From an uncultured archaeon (GTDB taxonomy: Archaea; Thermoproteota; Bathyarchaeia; Bathyarchaeales; Bathycorpusculaceae), in the NCBI GenBank assembly GCA_963810275.1, contig CAWENF010000021.1, positions 32,001 to 96,000 on the forward strand: a stretch of 64,000 nucleotides of DNA, in the 5' to 3' direction. Below are positions 39,021-48,553 of the stretch, piece after piece. Position numbers and translations under genes: made by a program. Below the pieces are notes generated by a model that had not been told where the DNA came from, searched no databases, and worked only from the letters and a program-made list of their open reading frames with translations. Each line of letters starts with the position of its first letter. The stretch's first letter is position 1.

Positions 39021-40580
39021 TTAGCCGCCTCCTCCTTTTTCCACTGTTGATTCAGGCATGTCTGGTTCTGCCGAGATATAATCACCGGTCCATTCAGGTG
39101 CTACTGCATCCCACGGGTTTGGTTTGCAACGCTTGCCTCTAAAGGCGCTATGTCCAATATTTATAAAAGAAATTAAGAGAACAGGACCAAAGATAAGTGC
39201 GCCTATTGTAGCAACTAAATTAAAGGGCCACCATTCAGGATTGCTACCATAGCTGGCTACTCTTCTTGGCATGTCTACAAGCAAAAAGTATGGAAAATAA
39301 AGAACGTTGAAACCTAAGAACGAAAAAAGAAAAGTAATCTTTCCAATTTTCTCGTTGTACATTCTGCCTGTGATTTTAGGGAACCAGTAGTAGAGTGCAG
39401 CTACTAGACCAAAGATTGTGGTCCCCACCATTACATAATGAAAGTGTCCTACAACCCAGTAAGTACCTCTATAAGCATAATCCAAAGCTATTGAGGCCTG
39501 AAAAACACCTGTGATTCCGCCCAAAATTACGAAAAATAAAGCGCCCATTGCATAGAGCATAGGTGTAGGAATTTTCAAAGCGCTTTTGCGCAAAGTGAGA
39601 ATCAAACCAATAACTAAGCCCTCAAAAGGAACAGAAATCGCCATTGTCGTCAGGGAAAAAACTTCTCTAACTTGCAAGCTTATTCCTGTCATAAACATGT
39701 GATGGATCCATACTCCAGCACTAAGCACCGTAACTGCAGCCATTTCTATTATGAAAACTTTCTTCTGGAAAAGGGGTCTTTTACTGAATGTAACGAATAT
39801 CTCTGCTATGGCACCGAGAGCAGGGAGAACCACTATGTATACTTCGGGGTGTCCAAAAAACCAGAAAAATTGGTCCCATAAAAGTGCCCCCCCAAGAGGA
39901 CTGGAAAAGAATACAGTACCAAATACGCGGTCAGTAATAAGCAAGACAGCGGCTGCTGCTATGGGCGGAAAGGCAAAGAGCATCAGAAAATTTGTAAACA
40001 AAACAGACCAAGTGAACGGAGGCATTTTCCACCAGTGCATGCTTTTGATTCGTGTTCTAAGAATGGTAGTTATGAAATTAACTGAAGACATAGTAACTGA
40101 AGCCGCAAGTATACCTAACGCAAGAACACCAATAGCCATTCCAGGTTGCGGCATGTAAGCGCTTGTATTAAGCGGCGCATACATTGTCCAACCTGCTTGT
40201 GGTCCACCGCCTGGCAAAAATATGGTACTCACAAGCATAAGCCCGCTTAAAACGTACAACCAATAGCTCATTGCGTTTAATCTGGGAAAAGCCATTTCTT
40301 TTGCGCCTATCTGTGTTGGAACAAAATAGTTAGCCAAAGCTATTCCAAAAGGAGACAAAAACCAAAGAATCATTATCAAACCATGAAAACTAATGGCTTG
40401 TTCGTAAAGACCAGGTGTAAGAAGCCCACCATTTGGAACAGCCAGTTGGCCTCGAACCGTCTCCGCTATGGTACCGGCTAAAGTAAGAAAAAATATAGAA
40501 GTAACCAGATATAGAAGACCAACGTCTTTGTGGTTGGTAGTAGTTAACCATCTTTTTAGTGAAAACCCTTTTTCGTACAC
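39021..40580 (-). CDS. coxA: Heme-copper oxygen reductase subunit I (A1-type signature)
   Basis: TTNHKDVG, FHGLIM, WFFGHPEVY, WIHHM, GHFHY, MPRR. Confidence 0.95.
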   Translation of the reverse strand: MYEKGFSLKRWLTTTNHKDVGLLYLVTSIFFLTLAGTIAETVRGQLAVPNGGLLTPGLYEQAISFHGLIMILWFLSPFGIALANYFVPTQIGAKEMAFPRLNAMSYWLYVLSGLMLVSTIFLPGGGPQAGWTMYAPLNTSAYMPQPGMAIGVLALGILAASVTMSSVNFITTILRTRIKSMHWWKMPPFTWSVLFTNFLMLFAFPPIAAAAVLLITDRVFGTVFFSSPLGGALLWDQFFWFFGHPEVYIVVLPALGAIAEIFVTFSKRPLFQKKVFIIEMAAVTVLSAGVWIHHMFMTGISLQVREVFSLTTMAISVPFEGLVIGLILTLRKSALKIPTPMLYAMGALFFVILGGITGVFQASIALDYAYRGTYWVVGHFHYVMVGTTIFGLVAALYYWFPKITGRMYNEKIGKITFLFSFLGFNVLYFPYFLLVDMPRRVASYGSNPEWWPFNLVATIGALIFGPVLLISFINIGHSAFRGKRCKPNPWDAVAPEWTGDYISAEPDMPESTVEKGGGG

Positions 40581-40583
40581 TTT

Positions 40584-41246
40584 CTAACTTACTCCTTGGC
40601 TTGCAGCGGTCTGGTTTAGCCATTGAGCAAATGCTTGTTGACTCATGACTACTAGATTAGCATCCATGAAGGTATGTCCAATTCCGCAGAGTTCATAACA
40701 TTTAATTTGATAAGTGAGTTCATTCTGTCCCTCGAGGGAGGGCACGCTTAACCAAATGATATTGTATCTATCGGGTATAGCATCAGTTTTAATCTTGAAC
40801 TGCGGTAATCCAAAATCATGCATAACGTCCTTGCTTGTAACATTAAAAATAACAGTCGTATCCACAGGGATTCTACAATCAGTGGCTACAGTTACATTGT
40901 TTGGATAAGTGAATTCAAATGCCCACTGGAAGGCAGTAACATCGATAACTATAGCATTTGGATCATTAGGCGGTGTTTGAATTCCATAAGCAACTTGATC
41001 AGACAGTATCGATAAAGTGAAAAGTATACTTAAAGAAACCATGGCAAGAACAATTGCTTCTCTTGCTCTGGATTTGAAATGTACTTTAGATATCTTGAAT
41101 TCCCGTCGCCCGACGTTCTTACGGTTAACATAAGCATAATAAACCATATAGCCAACTACTATGCCGCCAGCTACTATCCCTATTATGAAAAATGGTGTGA
41201 AAAGATTGTAGTAAGTTTCCGCTGTCGGGGGAATCGGCAAACTCAT
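40584..41246 (-). CDS. coxB: Heme-copper oxidase subunit II with CuA site
   Basis: AFQWAFEFTY, DVMHDF, CYELCGIGHTFM. Confidence 0.95.
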   Translation of the reverse strand: MSLPIPPTAETYYNLFTPFFIIGIVAGGIVVGYMVYYAYVNRKNVGRREFKISKVHFKSRAREAIVLAMVSLSILFTLSILSDQVAYGIQTPPNDPNAIVIDVTAFQWAFEFTYPNNVTVATDCRIPVDTTVIFNVTSKDVMHDFGLPQFKIKTDAIPDRYNIIWLSVPSLEGQNELTYQIKCYELCGIGHTFMDANLVVMSQQAFAQWLNQTAASQGVS

Positions 41247-41294
41247 TTTTTATCTCCTTCAATAATTTTAAGTCTTAAAAAATCATAAAAACTG

Positions 41295-41894
41295 TTAACT
41301 GACCACTACATTGCCCCACATGCCAAGAGAAATATGTCCTGGAACAGTGCATACATAGTAATAGTTGCCTGCTTTGTCAGGAGTAAATGTAACTGACGCT
41401 GATGTGCCTGGCGGTATATAGCTAGATATGTTAATGCCTGCACCAAACAATGGTGAGTTGCTTGTCGCTTTTGTTGAGACTATTTCCCATGAATGTGGAA
41501 TTTTACCCGCATTATGAACAGTCATGGTATACGTTGTACCCGCCTTAAGGTGTAAGGTAGGACCTGGAGAAACTATACTACTTGCGCTATCTCCGTAGCC
41601 ATAGGTACCTGAACCAGAGGTAACTGAGCCAGCGTATAATGTTAAAGAAGTCTGGCTCCCTGAACCAGACGGAGCGGGAGAAGTTGATGGTGAAACTGAT
41701 GTAGAAGTGGATGGTGTAGAAGAGGGGGAAATTGATGGGGAGGATACAGGCGTTGACGTCGGCAGCACATTTGATGAATTGGGTAACGTGATTTCGTAAG
41801 TTATTACCCCAACAGCTATGATAATCACTGTTACTACGATTGCAGCGACGTACCAGCCTATGCTTATTTTGGTATCTTCTGTGTTTTCTGCCAT
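41295..41894 (-). CDS. Membrane-anchored blue-copper protein (sulfocyanin/rusticyanin-like)
   Basis: TM segment, S/T/P linker, IPHSW, CTVPGHISLGM. Confidence 0.85.
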   Translation of the reverse strand: MAENTEDTKISIGWYVAAIVVTVIIIAVGVITYEITLPNSSNVLPTSTPVSSPSISPSSTPSTSTSVSPSTSPAPSGSGSQTSLTLYAGSVTSGSGTYGYGDSASSIVSPGPTLHLKAGTTYTMTVHNAGKIPHSWEIVSTKATSNSPLFGAGINISSYIPPGTSASVTFTPDKAGNYYYVCTVPGHISLGMWGNVVVS

Positions 41895-41966
41895 ATTTTA
41901 TCACTCGCGATAAAAAATAGAACTTAAATAGTCACTATGGAAATAACTTTGATAAGCTGTTTAAGA

Positions 41967-41996
41967 GTGTGTGATTGCATTGATACAATCACATAC
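41967..41996. promoter_or_regulatory. Inverted repeat TGTGATTG-N8-CAATCACA upstream of the oxidase operon
   Basis: Arms at 41970-41977 and 41986-41993. Confidence 0.45.
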
Positions 41997-42064
41997 CTTA
42001 TACTGCTGGTATAGATTTAAAGTCTAGAATACAAACGTGTTGGGTCTTAGTTGTTTTCATACCG

Positions 42065-42625
42065 CTAATGGCGAGTTCTTTGAAGAACATTTAAAATTTT
42101 ATTTGCACGATCAACCCAGCCTAATCCCGCATATAAATCAAGTTTTGAATCTAGAGGCATTACTGAAATATTATGGCCCACAACTGAAACATAGTCTGAT
42201 GAAATACTAATTTTGTCACCCCAATCCCAATTATCAATCTGAAGTTGCAAATCTCCATAAACTTTAACGGGAACATCGTTTACTTGGAAATCAAAATTAT
42301 AGCTTCGAATTTTAATCGGATACTCTTTCTGTTCAACCAAAGCTTTACGCGGAAGACATTCTACTTTGAATTCTATGTCTGAGGGGTGAAAATCTTTGAC
42401 TCTGATGAAAATTTCTTGAGCACCCTCTTTGGTTGTTATTATTTCTATTCTTTCGGGATCCACATCTACGGTTCTTATGGCTTCCCCTAAATCACCACAT
42501 ATCATCCAAGGCGTACTTATGTCACCGATTTTACCTTCTAAGGCAACCAATGCATCTATGTATTTCAAAGCTATTAATTTAACAGGGCGTTTAACATCTT
42601 TTTCTGAAGTTTCAATATAAATCAA
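42065..42625 (-). CDS. Hypothetical protein, nucleotidyltransferase-like fold
   Basis: WMICGDLGEAIRTVDVDP..IEI resembles a degenerate GS/DxD motif. Confidence 0.5.
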   Translation of the reverse strand: MIYIETSEKDVKRPVKLIALKYIDALVALEGKIGDISTPWMICGDLGEAIRTVDVDPERIEIITTKEGAQEIFIRVKDFHPSDIEFKVECLPRKALVEQKEYPIKIRSYNFDFQVNDVPVKVYGDLQLQIDNWDWGDKISISSDYVSVVGHNISVMPLDSKLDLYAGLGWVDRANKILNVLQRTRH

Positions 42626-42779
42626 GTTAATTATGACCTCTAAAATACTTAATATTAATTAAATACTCAATTTAAATCTGTGTATATGTATCATAACAGC
42701 AACTTTTATTGTAGGCACAACTAAGTAGACACATATGTTTTAAAGGACTTATTAGGATACTTAACTAGAGGTTTTTTTT

Positions 42780-43762
42780 ATGTCAACTGATGAAACGGCT
42801 AACGACCAGACTAAAGAGCAAAACAGCAAACCTATGGATAGACGACGCTTCATCAAGTATGGAGTCGCAGGCGTTATTGGTGCGGGTGCCGCAAGCGCTA
42901 TAGAAATACCAGTTTTGACAAATATGGTTAACGCTGACACGACTAAGGTGCAAGAGCTTCAAAGTCAAGTTAGCAGTTTAAACAGTGAAGTTAGCAGTTT
43001 GAATAGTCAAGTCAACACTAGATAAAACTCAACTTGCCGCCGCACAGAGTCAACTATCGGGTGCACAAGCAATTATTGACTTTAGCATTACGGAACAAAA
43101 AGAGCTTGAGGCAATTGTTGAAACAGTAATCCCCAACGATTCGTCTGGTCCTGGAGGGAAGGAAGCAGGCGTTGTCTACTTCATTGCCAATCAAATATCC
43201 ACAGATTATGGTAGTAACGCTAGGATGTACATGAAAGCGCCCTTTGTCCAACCTGGTTTAAGTGGCCCCGTAACAGTTGATGGAATAACATATCCTGAAG
43301 GCACATATGATGTTCCATTTTTCTCAGGCATGAAATACCAGTACAACCTAACTATGAGGGAGTTCTGGAGAGTAGGTCTTGGAAGGATTAGAGAAATATT
43401 CAAACAGCGTATTGGGCAAAAACTTTGAAGATTTAAACACAAATGACCGAACATCAATGCTAAACGACCTCTATGACAACAAGCCTAGCGACTTCAATGG
43501 AATTGTTCCCCGTGACTTCTTCCAAGAGTTGCTACTTATGACATGGTCAGGCTTCTTTATGGATCCCGCATATGGTGGTAACATAGGAATGGTTGGTTGG
43601 AAACTCACCGGTTTTAGTGGCGCTAACATGGGCAACGCATTCAACGATGGCAGAGATGTTTTAAAGTTGATGGTAGCCAGCACTCCAACAAGATATGCAC
43701 CGCATAGTTTAGGCGAATACCAAAAAACGCTAAAAATAATCAATGGAGGAACAAGTTCATGA
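42780..43762 (+). CDS. Gluconate 2-dehydrogenase subunit 3-like protein with Tat signal; frameshifts near 43020 and 43380
   Basis: MDRRRFIK signal, IPND.SGPG.KEAGVVYFI, FFMDPAYGGNIGMVGWK spread over three frames. Confidence 0.75.
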
Positions 43763-45567
43763 GCCAAGTAATCACTCATCCATCCGTAGACGTTGTCGTC
43801 TTAGGCTTGGGTGCAATGGGAGGAGTCGTAGCCACAGAGTTGGCTAAGGCAAACTACAAAGTAGTAGGTTTAGAAAGAGGACCTCAATGGGATTACTACA
43901 ATGATTTCTATGCCACGAAATATGATGAATGGGGCATAGGCATGATGCGCAAATACAGCGACCTATTGAGAACTTCAACAGTAACTATGAGAAACAACAG
44001 AAACCAGTTTGCCCAGCCCGTCCGTAGAAACACACCCCCAGTTGCAGGACAATTCACTTCAACAGGTTATGGTGTTGGAGGTGCATGTCAGCACTATTCG
44101 GGCAACATGGGGCGCTATTCACCATGGGTCTATGAGATGTATTCACAGACTGTGAACCGATATGGCTTAGATTTCCTCAACAATGCTGTACCTCACCAAG
44201 ACATCACTGATTGGCCAATGACATATAACGACTATGTTCCCTACTATGAAACATGGGAGCAGATGTGGGGAGTTTGCGGAACAAATGAAGGACCGCTTCT
44301 TCCAAGCCTAACAGGGTATCCTCTGCCGCCTCCACCAGACACGCCTATCGGAACAGCCTTCAAGAGTGCAGCCACAGATTTAGGATATACACCCTTCCCA
44401 ACACCACTCGCTTTAGCCTCTAAAGGCTTCGTCAACCAATACGGCGTAGCCGTTCAGCAATGCGCATATGATGGCTGGTGTGGAGCTGCATGCAACTATG
44501 TTTGTGAAACAGGTGCGAAAGCAAACACAGACTTTAGAGTTATACCTGCTGCTTTGAAAACTGGGAATCTCGAGATGAGACTTCACAGCTACATATTCCG
44601 ATTGGATACTGATAGTTCTGGAAAAATTACCGCTGCCCGCTACTATGACCCACAAGGCAGGGTTAACGTTCAACCCGCCAAGGTATTCTTCAACGGTCTT
44701 TGGGGATTCAATGCAGTAAAAATGATGCTGCACTCAGGAATCGGCACTCCCTATGACCCCGTGAAAATCACCGGTTCAATGGGTAGAGGACCAGCAACAG
44801 GAGACCCGGGTGCAGCAGTCAGAAGTGCCTCTGGAACCCTTAACATAGGAGCCAATGCGTATCCCGCAGGCAACGCTGGCGGAGGCTACTCAATTCGAGA
44901 CTTAGCTGATGACAACTTTGATCACACAGGCTTAGACTTTATCGGAGGCGCCTACCCGGTGGGCGTCGGAAGCTTCACAGGTGGAGGCCCAACGAACTTC
45001 TACATCTACGCAGCAAACCCAAACAAGAACATGATTGGAAGCACATTTAAAGCAGGCCTTAAAGACCATTTCCTGCCCACAAAAACAAAGCTAACACTTT
45101 CGCCTTATGGGATGTGGCCGCCGACAACCGATTGGTTCATTGATTTGGACCCACATTACACAGACATCTATGGAGACCCACTACCGAGATATACTATAGA
45201 TTGGGGCATGAACACCGTTAAATGCGCCAATTACCTTGCACCAATGTATGGCGATATACTGTCAAAAATGGGGGCAAGCAATGTTCAGGTCTCCAACCCA
45301 GTTAATACTGAAAGCCATATGACTACCTGGAGTATTCACATTCGAGGCGGTGCACGACTAGGAACTGATCCGGCAGTTTCCGTTTTTAACAAGTGGCAGC
45401 AATGCTGGACCAGCGACAACCTGTTTGGAGCAGGCGAATATTGTGACCCGACAGGCGATAACACAACTATCGGTGGAACGCATCCAGTAGGACCAACATC
45501 GTATGTTGCTGCTGAAGGCATAAAGAAATATCTGCAAAGCCCAGGTCAGCTTGTATCATCACCTTAA
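43759..45567 (+). CDS. GMC family flavoprotein oxidoreductase (gluconate 2-dehydrogenase-like)
   Basis: DVVVLGLGAMGG, LERG, GYGVGG, CAYDGWC, HIRGGARLG. Confidence 0.88.
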   Translation: MSQVITHPSVDVVVLGLGAMGGVVATELAKANYKVVGLERGPQWDYYNDFYATKYDEWGIGMMRKYSDLLRTSTVTMRNNRNQFAQPVRRNTPPVAGQFTSTGYGVGGACQHYSGNMGRYSPWVYEMYSQTVNRYGLDFLNNAVPHQDITDWPMTYNDYVPYYETWEQMWGVCGTNEGPLLPSLTGYPLPPPPDTPIGTAFKSAATDLGYTPFPTPLALASKGFVNQYGVAVQQCAYDGWCGAACNYVCETGAKANTDFRVIPAALKTGNLEMRLHSYIFRLDTDSSGKITAARYYDPQGRVNVQPAKVFFNGLWGFNAVKMMLHSGIGTPYDPVKITGSMGRGPATGDPGAAVRSASGTLNIGANAYPAGNAGGGYSIRDLADDNFDHTGLDFIGGAYPVGVGSFTGGGPTNFYIYAANPNKNMIGSTFKAGLKDHFLPTKTKLTLSPYGMWPPTTDWFIDLDPHYTDIYGDPLPRYTIDWGMNTVKCANYLAPMYGDILSKMGASNVQVSNPVNTESHMTTWSIHIRGGARLGTDPAVSVFNKWQQCWTSDNLFGAGEYCDPTGDNTTIGGTHPVGPTSYVAAEGIKKYLQSPGQLVSSP

Positions 45568-45631
45568 CTTCCCATTTCTTGTTTTCTTTGATTGCAATGA
45601 ATGGCTTTTTTCTTAATTAGTCTGCTATAAA

Positions 45632-46474
45632 TTGTGTTCTAAAATGAAGCAAATAGCTGTTATGACTCCGCTCCCAGTCCAATTTGACAATTTCACAGAA
45701 TACATTCTGAAGCAATGCTGGAATAGCCTCAATAATCAATTCATTCTCTCAGGTGACTTAATTCATGTTTATTTCTCATCAACCCCTAAACTGTACGATA
45801 AATATGCTACCTACCTTTCAGAAAATTTCAGGTTGCCCTACACTCTTCTTGAGGTCAAGCAAGTAAAAAGCGGTGTATTAGAGGGCAAGGATGCACGATT
45901 ACCTGAGCTAGTACATCACCGTAATGTATTACTAAACCAGGGCAAAAAGCATGATTACGCATTGTTTTTGGATTCTGATGTAATTTTAAGCCCAAATACA
46001 ATAAAAACATTGATTTCGGATCAAAAAGATGTTTCTGCTGGAATATTGCCGCAGGCACGCATTGCTTCCCCGATAAGAATCGAGGAGGGACAAGTCCAAA
46101 ACGCAGATGACATCGACGTTTTTTTAGCATTCGGAATATTTGATGCAAAATTTCTTTCCGTAACTTGGGGAAACATGCAGAAAGCGGATGCATCCGATGT
46201 TGTAGCGACAGCCTGCATGCTTCTGAGCCGGAAAATAATGAATGATAATCGAGTAGCTTTCCGCTTATTCCCCTTAGTTGATGGAAGTTGCTATTTAGGT
46301 GAAGACGTGGGCTATTGTCTTTCTGCTCTTCGCGCAGGTTTCACCGTTAACGTCAACCCAACCGTCTTTTGTGGTCATATGCGTAGAATACAAGAGCGGC
46401 TAGCAGCTTATTTACAAGTTACTAACGGCCAAAAGTGTACAATTAATTTTTTGTTTTGGTCTAAACCTCTTTAA
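45632..46474 (+). CDS. GT2-like glycosyltransferase
   Basis: LFLDSDV, GEDVGYC, CGH. Confidence 0.7.
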   Translation: MCSKMKQIAVMTPLPVQFDNFTEYILKQCWNSLNNQFILSGDLIHVYFSSTPKLYDKYATYLSENFRLPYTLLEVKQVKSGVLEGKDARLPELVHHRNVLLNQGKKHDYALFLDSDVILSPNTIKTLISDQKDVSAGILPQARIASPIRIEEGQVQNADDIDVFLAFGIFDAKFLSVTWGNMQKADASDVVATACMLLSRKIMNDNRVAFRLFPLVDGSCYLGEDVGYCLSALRAGFTVNVNPTVFCGHMRRIQERLAAYLQVTNGQKCTINFLFWSKPL

Positions 46475-46597
46475 ACTATTAGCAGCTGTAATAGTATACA
46501 CACAGCCTCATAGCTTTTTAACTCAACGTACCTCAAATAAAATAGCTAAATTTTGTAATAGGTGTGATCTGAATTATTATCAGATAAAGTAGCTATT

Positions 46598-47386
46598 GTG
46601 ATTGCAGCATTAGTACTCGTTTTCATAATTGTAGTGTCATTGATATCCTACGTGTACATTGTATTTCCCTTAACAAACACGAACACTACACCTCCAGCAT
46701 CCACGCCGACGAGCACACCTTTGTCTAAGCCAAGAATTTCAACTGATGTAAACTGGGGAGGTTATGCAGTAGCAACGAACTTCAGCCAACCGCTCCCGGT
46801 TGTAACAGAGGTTAGCGCATCATGGGTTGTTCCTCAAGTAAAAGCCTCAGCCACAGATACGTTTTTAGCCATCTGGGTAGGAATAGGCGGAACATTTGGT
46901 AACACATTAATTCAAGTAGGCACTGAGCAAGACAGCCTTAATGGACAGCCAACATACTATGCATGGTACGAACTTTTACCTACACCTTCAGTACCTATTT
47001 TCTCTGTCGCAATATCTCCAGGCGATAAAGTACTGGCGACAGTTAAACTATTAGATTCAGCTACAAATCAATGGTCGATTTATATAATCAACCTATCAAA
47101 CCAAGAAAGCTTCAACCAGACCTTCAGTTATACATCAAGTCAACTTTCAGCCGAATGGATAGTAGAGCGCCCGACTGTTAACGGAAAGTTCAGAGCATTA
47201 GCGGATTTTGGTCAGATAAGCATGTCAAACTGTACTTTAACGCTAAACGGGGTTTCTGGTGATTTAGCTGATTTCAATTATGTTAAAACGGTTCTTGTTA
47301 ACCAACAACGAATTCCACTTCTGAAAATTTCAGATGTCGGAAACGACAAAGCCAGCTTTACAGTAAGCTATCTACCCATTGCATGA
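46598..47386 (+). CDS. G1 family glutamic endopeptidase, membrane-anchored
   Basis: NWGGY, WVGIGG, LIQVGTEQD, SAEWIVERP. Confidence 0.85.
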   Translation: MIAALVLVFIIVVSLISYVYIVFPLTNTNTTPPASTPTSTPLSKPRISTDVNWGGYAVATNFSQPLPVVTEVSASWVVPQVKASATDTFLAIWVGIGGTFGNTLIQVGTEQDSLNGQPTYYAWYELLPTPSVPIFSVAISPGDKVLATVKLLDSATNQWSIYIINLSNQESFNQTFSYTSSQLSAEWIVERPTVNGKFRALADFGQISMSNCTLTLNGVSGDLADFNYVKTVLVNQQRIPLLKISDVGNDKASFTVSYLPIA

Positions 47387-47484
47387 TCCATTGTCCATTT
47401 TGTTTTTTTTTAATTTGTTACTGTACTAGCATTATAACAAAGCCTTTTTAGAAAAACCCGGCTCTTCCTTCTTGAGGATCTTTA

Positions 47485-48051
47485 ATGAAAAAAATGGCAA
47501 TATTTCTATTGGTATCTCTCATGGCAGCAGCATCTTTGACAATTGGTGCAGTACCCGTTGAAGCACAAGGGAACACAGCTAACATTACATTGTATGGTGG
47601 ACCTGTATCCTCAGGAGCCTCTGGAACCTATGGGTTTGGATACTCAGCAGACAACATAACCTCGCCTGGACCTACAATCACTTTGCACGATGGAGAAAAA
47701 GTAACAGTAACTTTTCACAACGTTGACACATCTTTGCCACACTCCTTTGCAGTAACCACAGGAAAAAGCGACAGCTCAACAGTGCTATTTAATTCTGAAA
47801 CTAACCCTGGAACATACGTTCAGCCTGGTCAAACAGCTACAGTGACTTTCACAGTCAGCGACAATGTTGGTGATTACTACTACATATGCAAAGTACCAGG
47901 ACACGTTGACTTAGGCATGTGGGGAAACTGTGTAATCGAAGCAGCCATTCCTGAATTTCCAATGAGTATCATGCTTATCTTTGTACTGGCTGCAGGAGCT
48001 GCAGTAGCGATTTCAGTGGCTCGAATTAAGACCAAACCTAAACTTGTTTAA
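47485..48051 (+). CDS. Blue-copper protein with PEF-CTERM anchor
   Basis: Signal peptide, LPHSF, CKVPGHVDLGM, IPEFP + TM + basic tail. Confidence 0.85.
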   Translation: MKKMAIFLLVSLMAAASLTIGAVPVEAQGNTANITLYGGPVSSGASGTYGFGYSADNITSPGPTITLHDGEKVTVTFHNVDTSLPHSFAVTTGKSDSSTVLFNSETNPGTYVQPGQTATVTFTVSDNVGDYYYICKVPGHVDLGMWGNCVIEAAIPEFPMSIMLIFVLAAGAAVAISVARIKTKPKLV

Positions 48052-48173
48052 CCCTATTTTTTTGATTTTTTTTAAAAATGCTATGGTGACTTCCAGACAT
48101 TAAAAATAACAGTTTTTAGGAGAAAGCCAACATAATCATTAACGCTATTAGTCCACTTCTTGAACAAGAATCT

Positions 48174-48548
48174 ATGACACTAGTTTTTGTCGCTTTAGGA
48201 ATCGGAATAATCGGCATGGCGATCGCTAGGATTAGAAACAGAGATTCCATTCAGCTACATAGGTGGACAATGACAGGCGCAATCGTACTAAACTTAATCG
48301 CAATAGGCGTTGTAATGCTTCCTTCACTGTTCATATTCTACCTTAGCCCAAATCTTGAAATGGCATCTTCTTTTTCGATTCTACAACTAATCCACGCCAT
48401 TGCTGGGATTCCAGCAATAACTTTTGCGTTAATATTTGCATTAAATGATCTGCCGAAACCTACTAAAAAATGGATGCGCATAACCGCTTCTTTGTGGCTT
48501 ACAAGCATAGCTTTGGGTGCAATAGTTTACTTCACTATGCCGAATTAA
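48174..48548 (+). CDS. DUF420-like membrane protein
   Basis: HRWTM, IHAIAG, KWMRITASLW. Confidence 0.65.
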   Translation: MTLVFVALGIGIIGMAIARIRNRDSIQLHRWTMTGAIVLNLIAIGVVMLPSLFIFYLSPNLEMASSFSILQLIHAIAGIPAITFALIFALNDLPKPTKKWMRITASLWLTSIALGAIVYFTMPN

Positions 48549-48553
48549 GTTTT

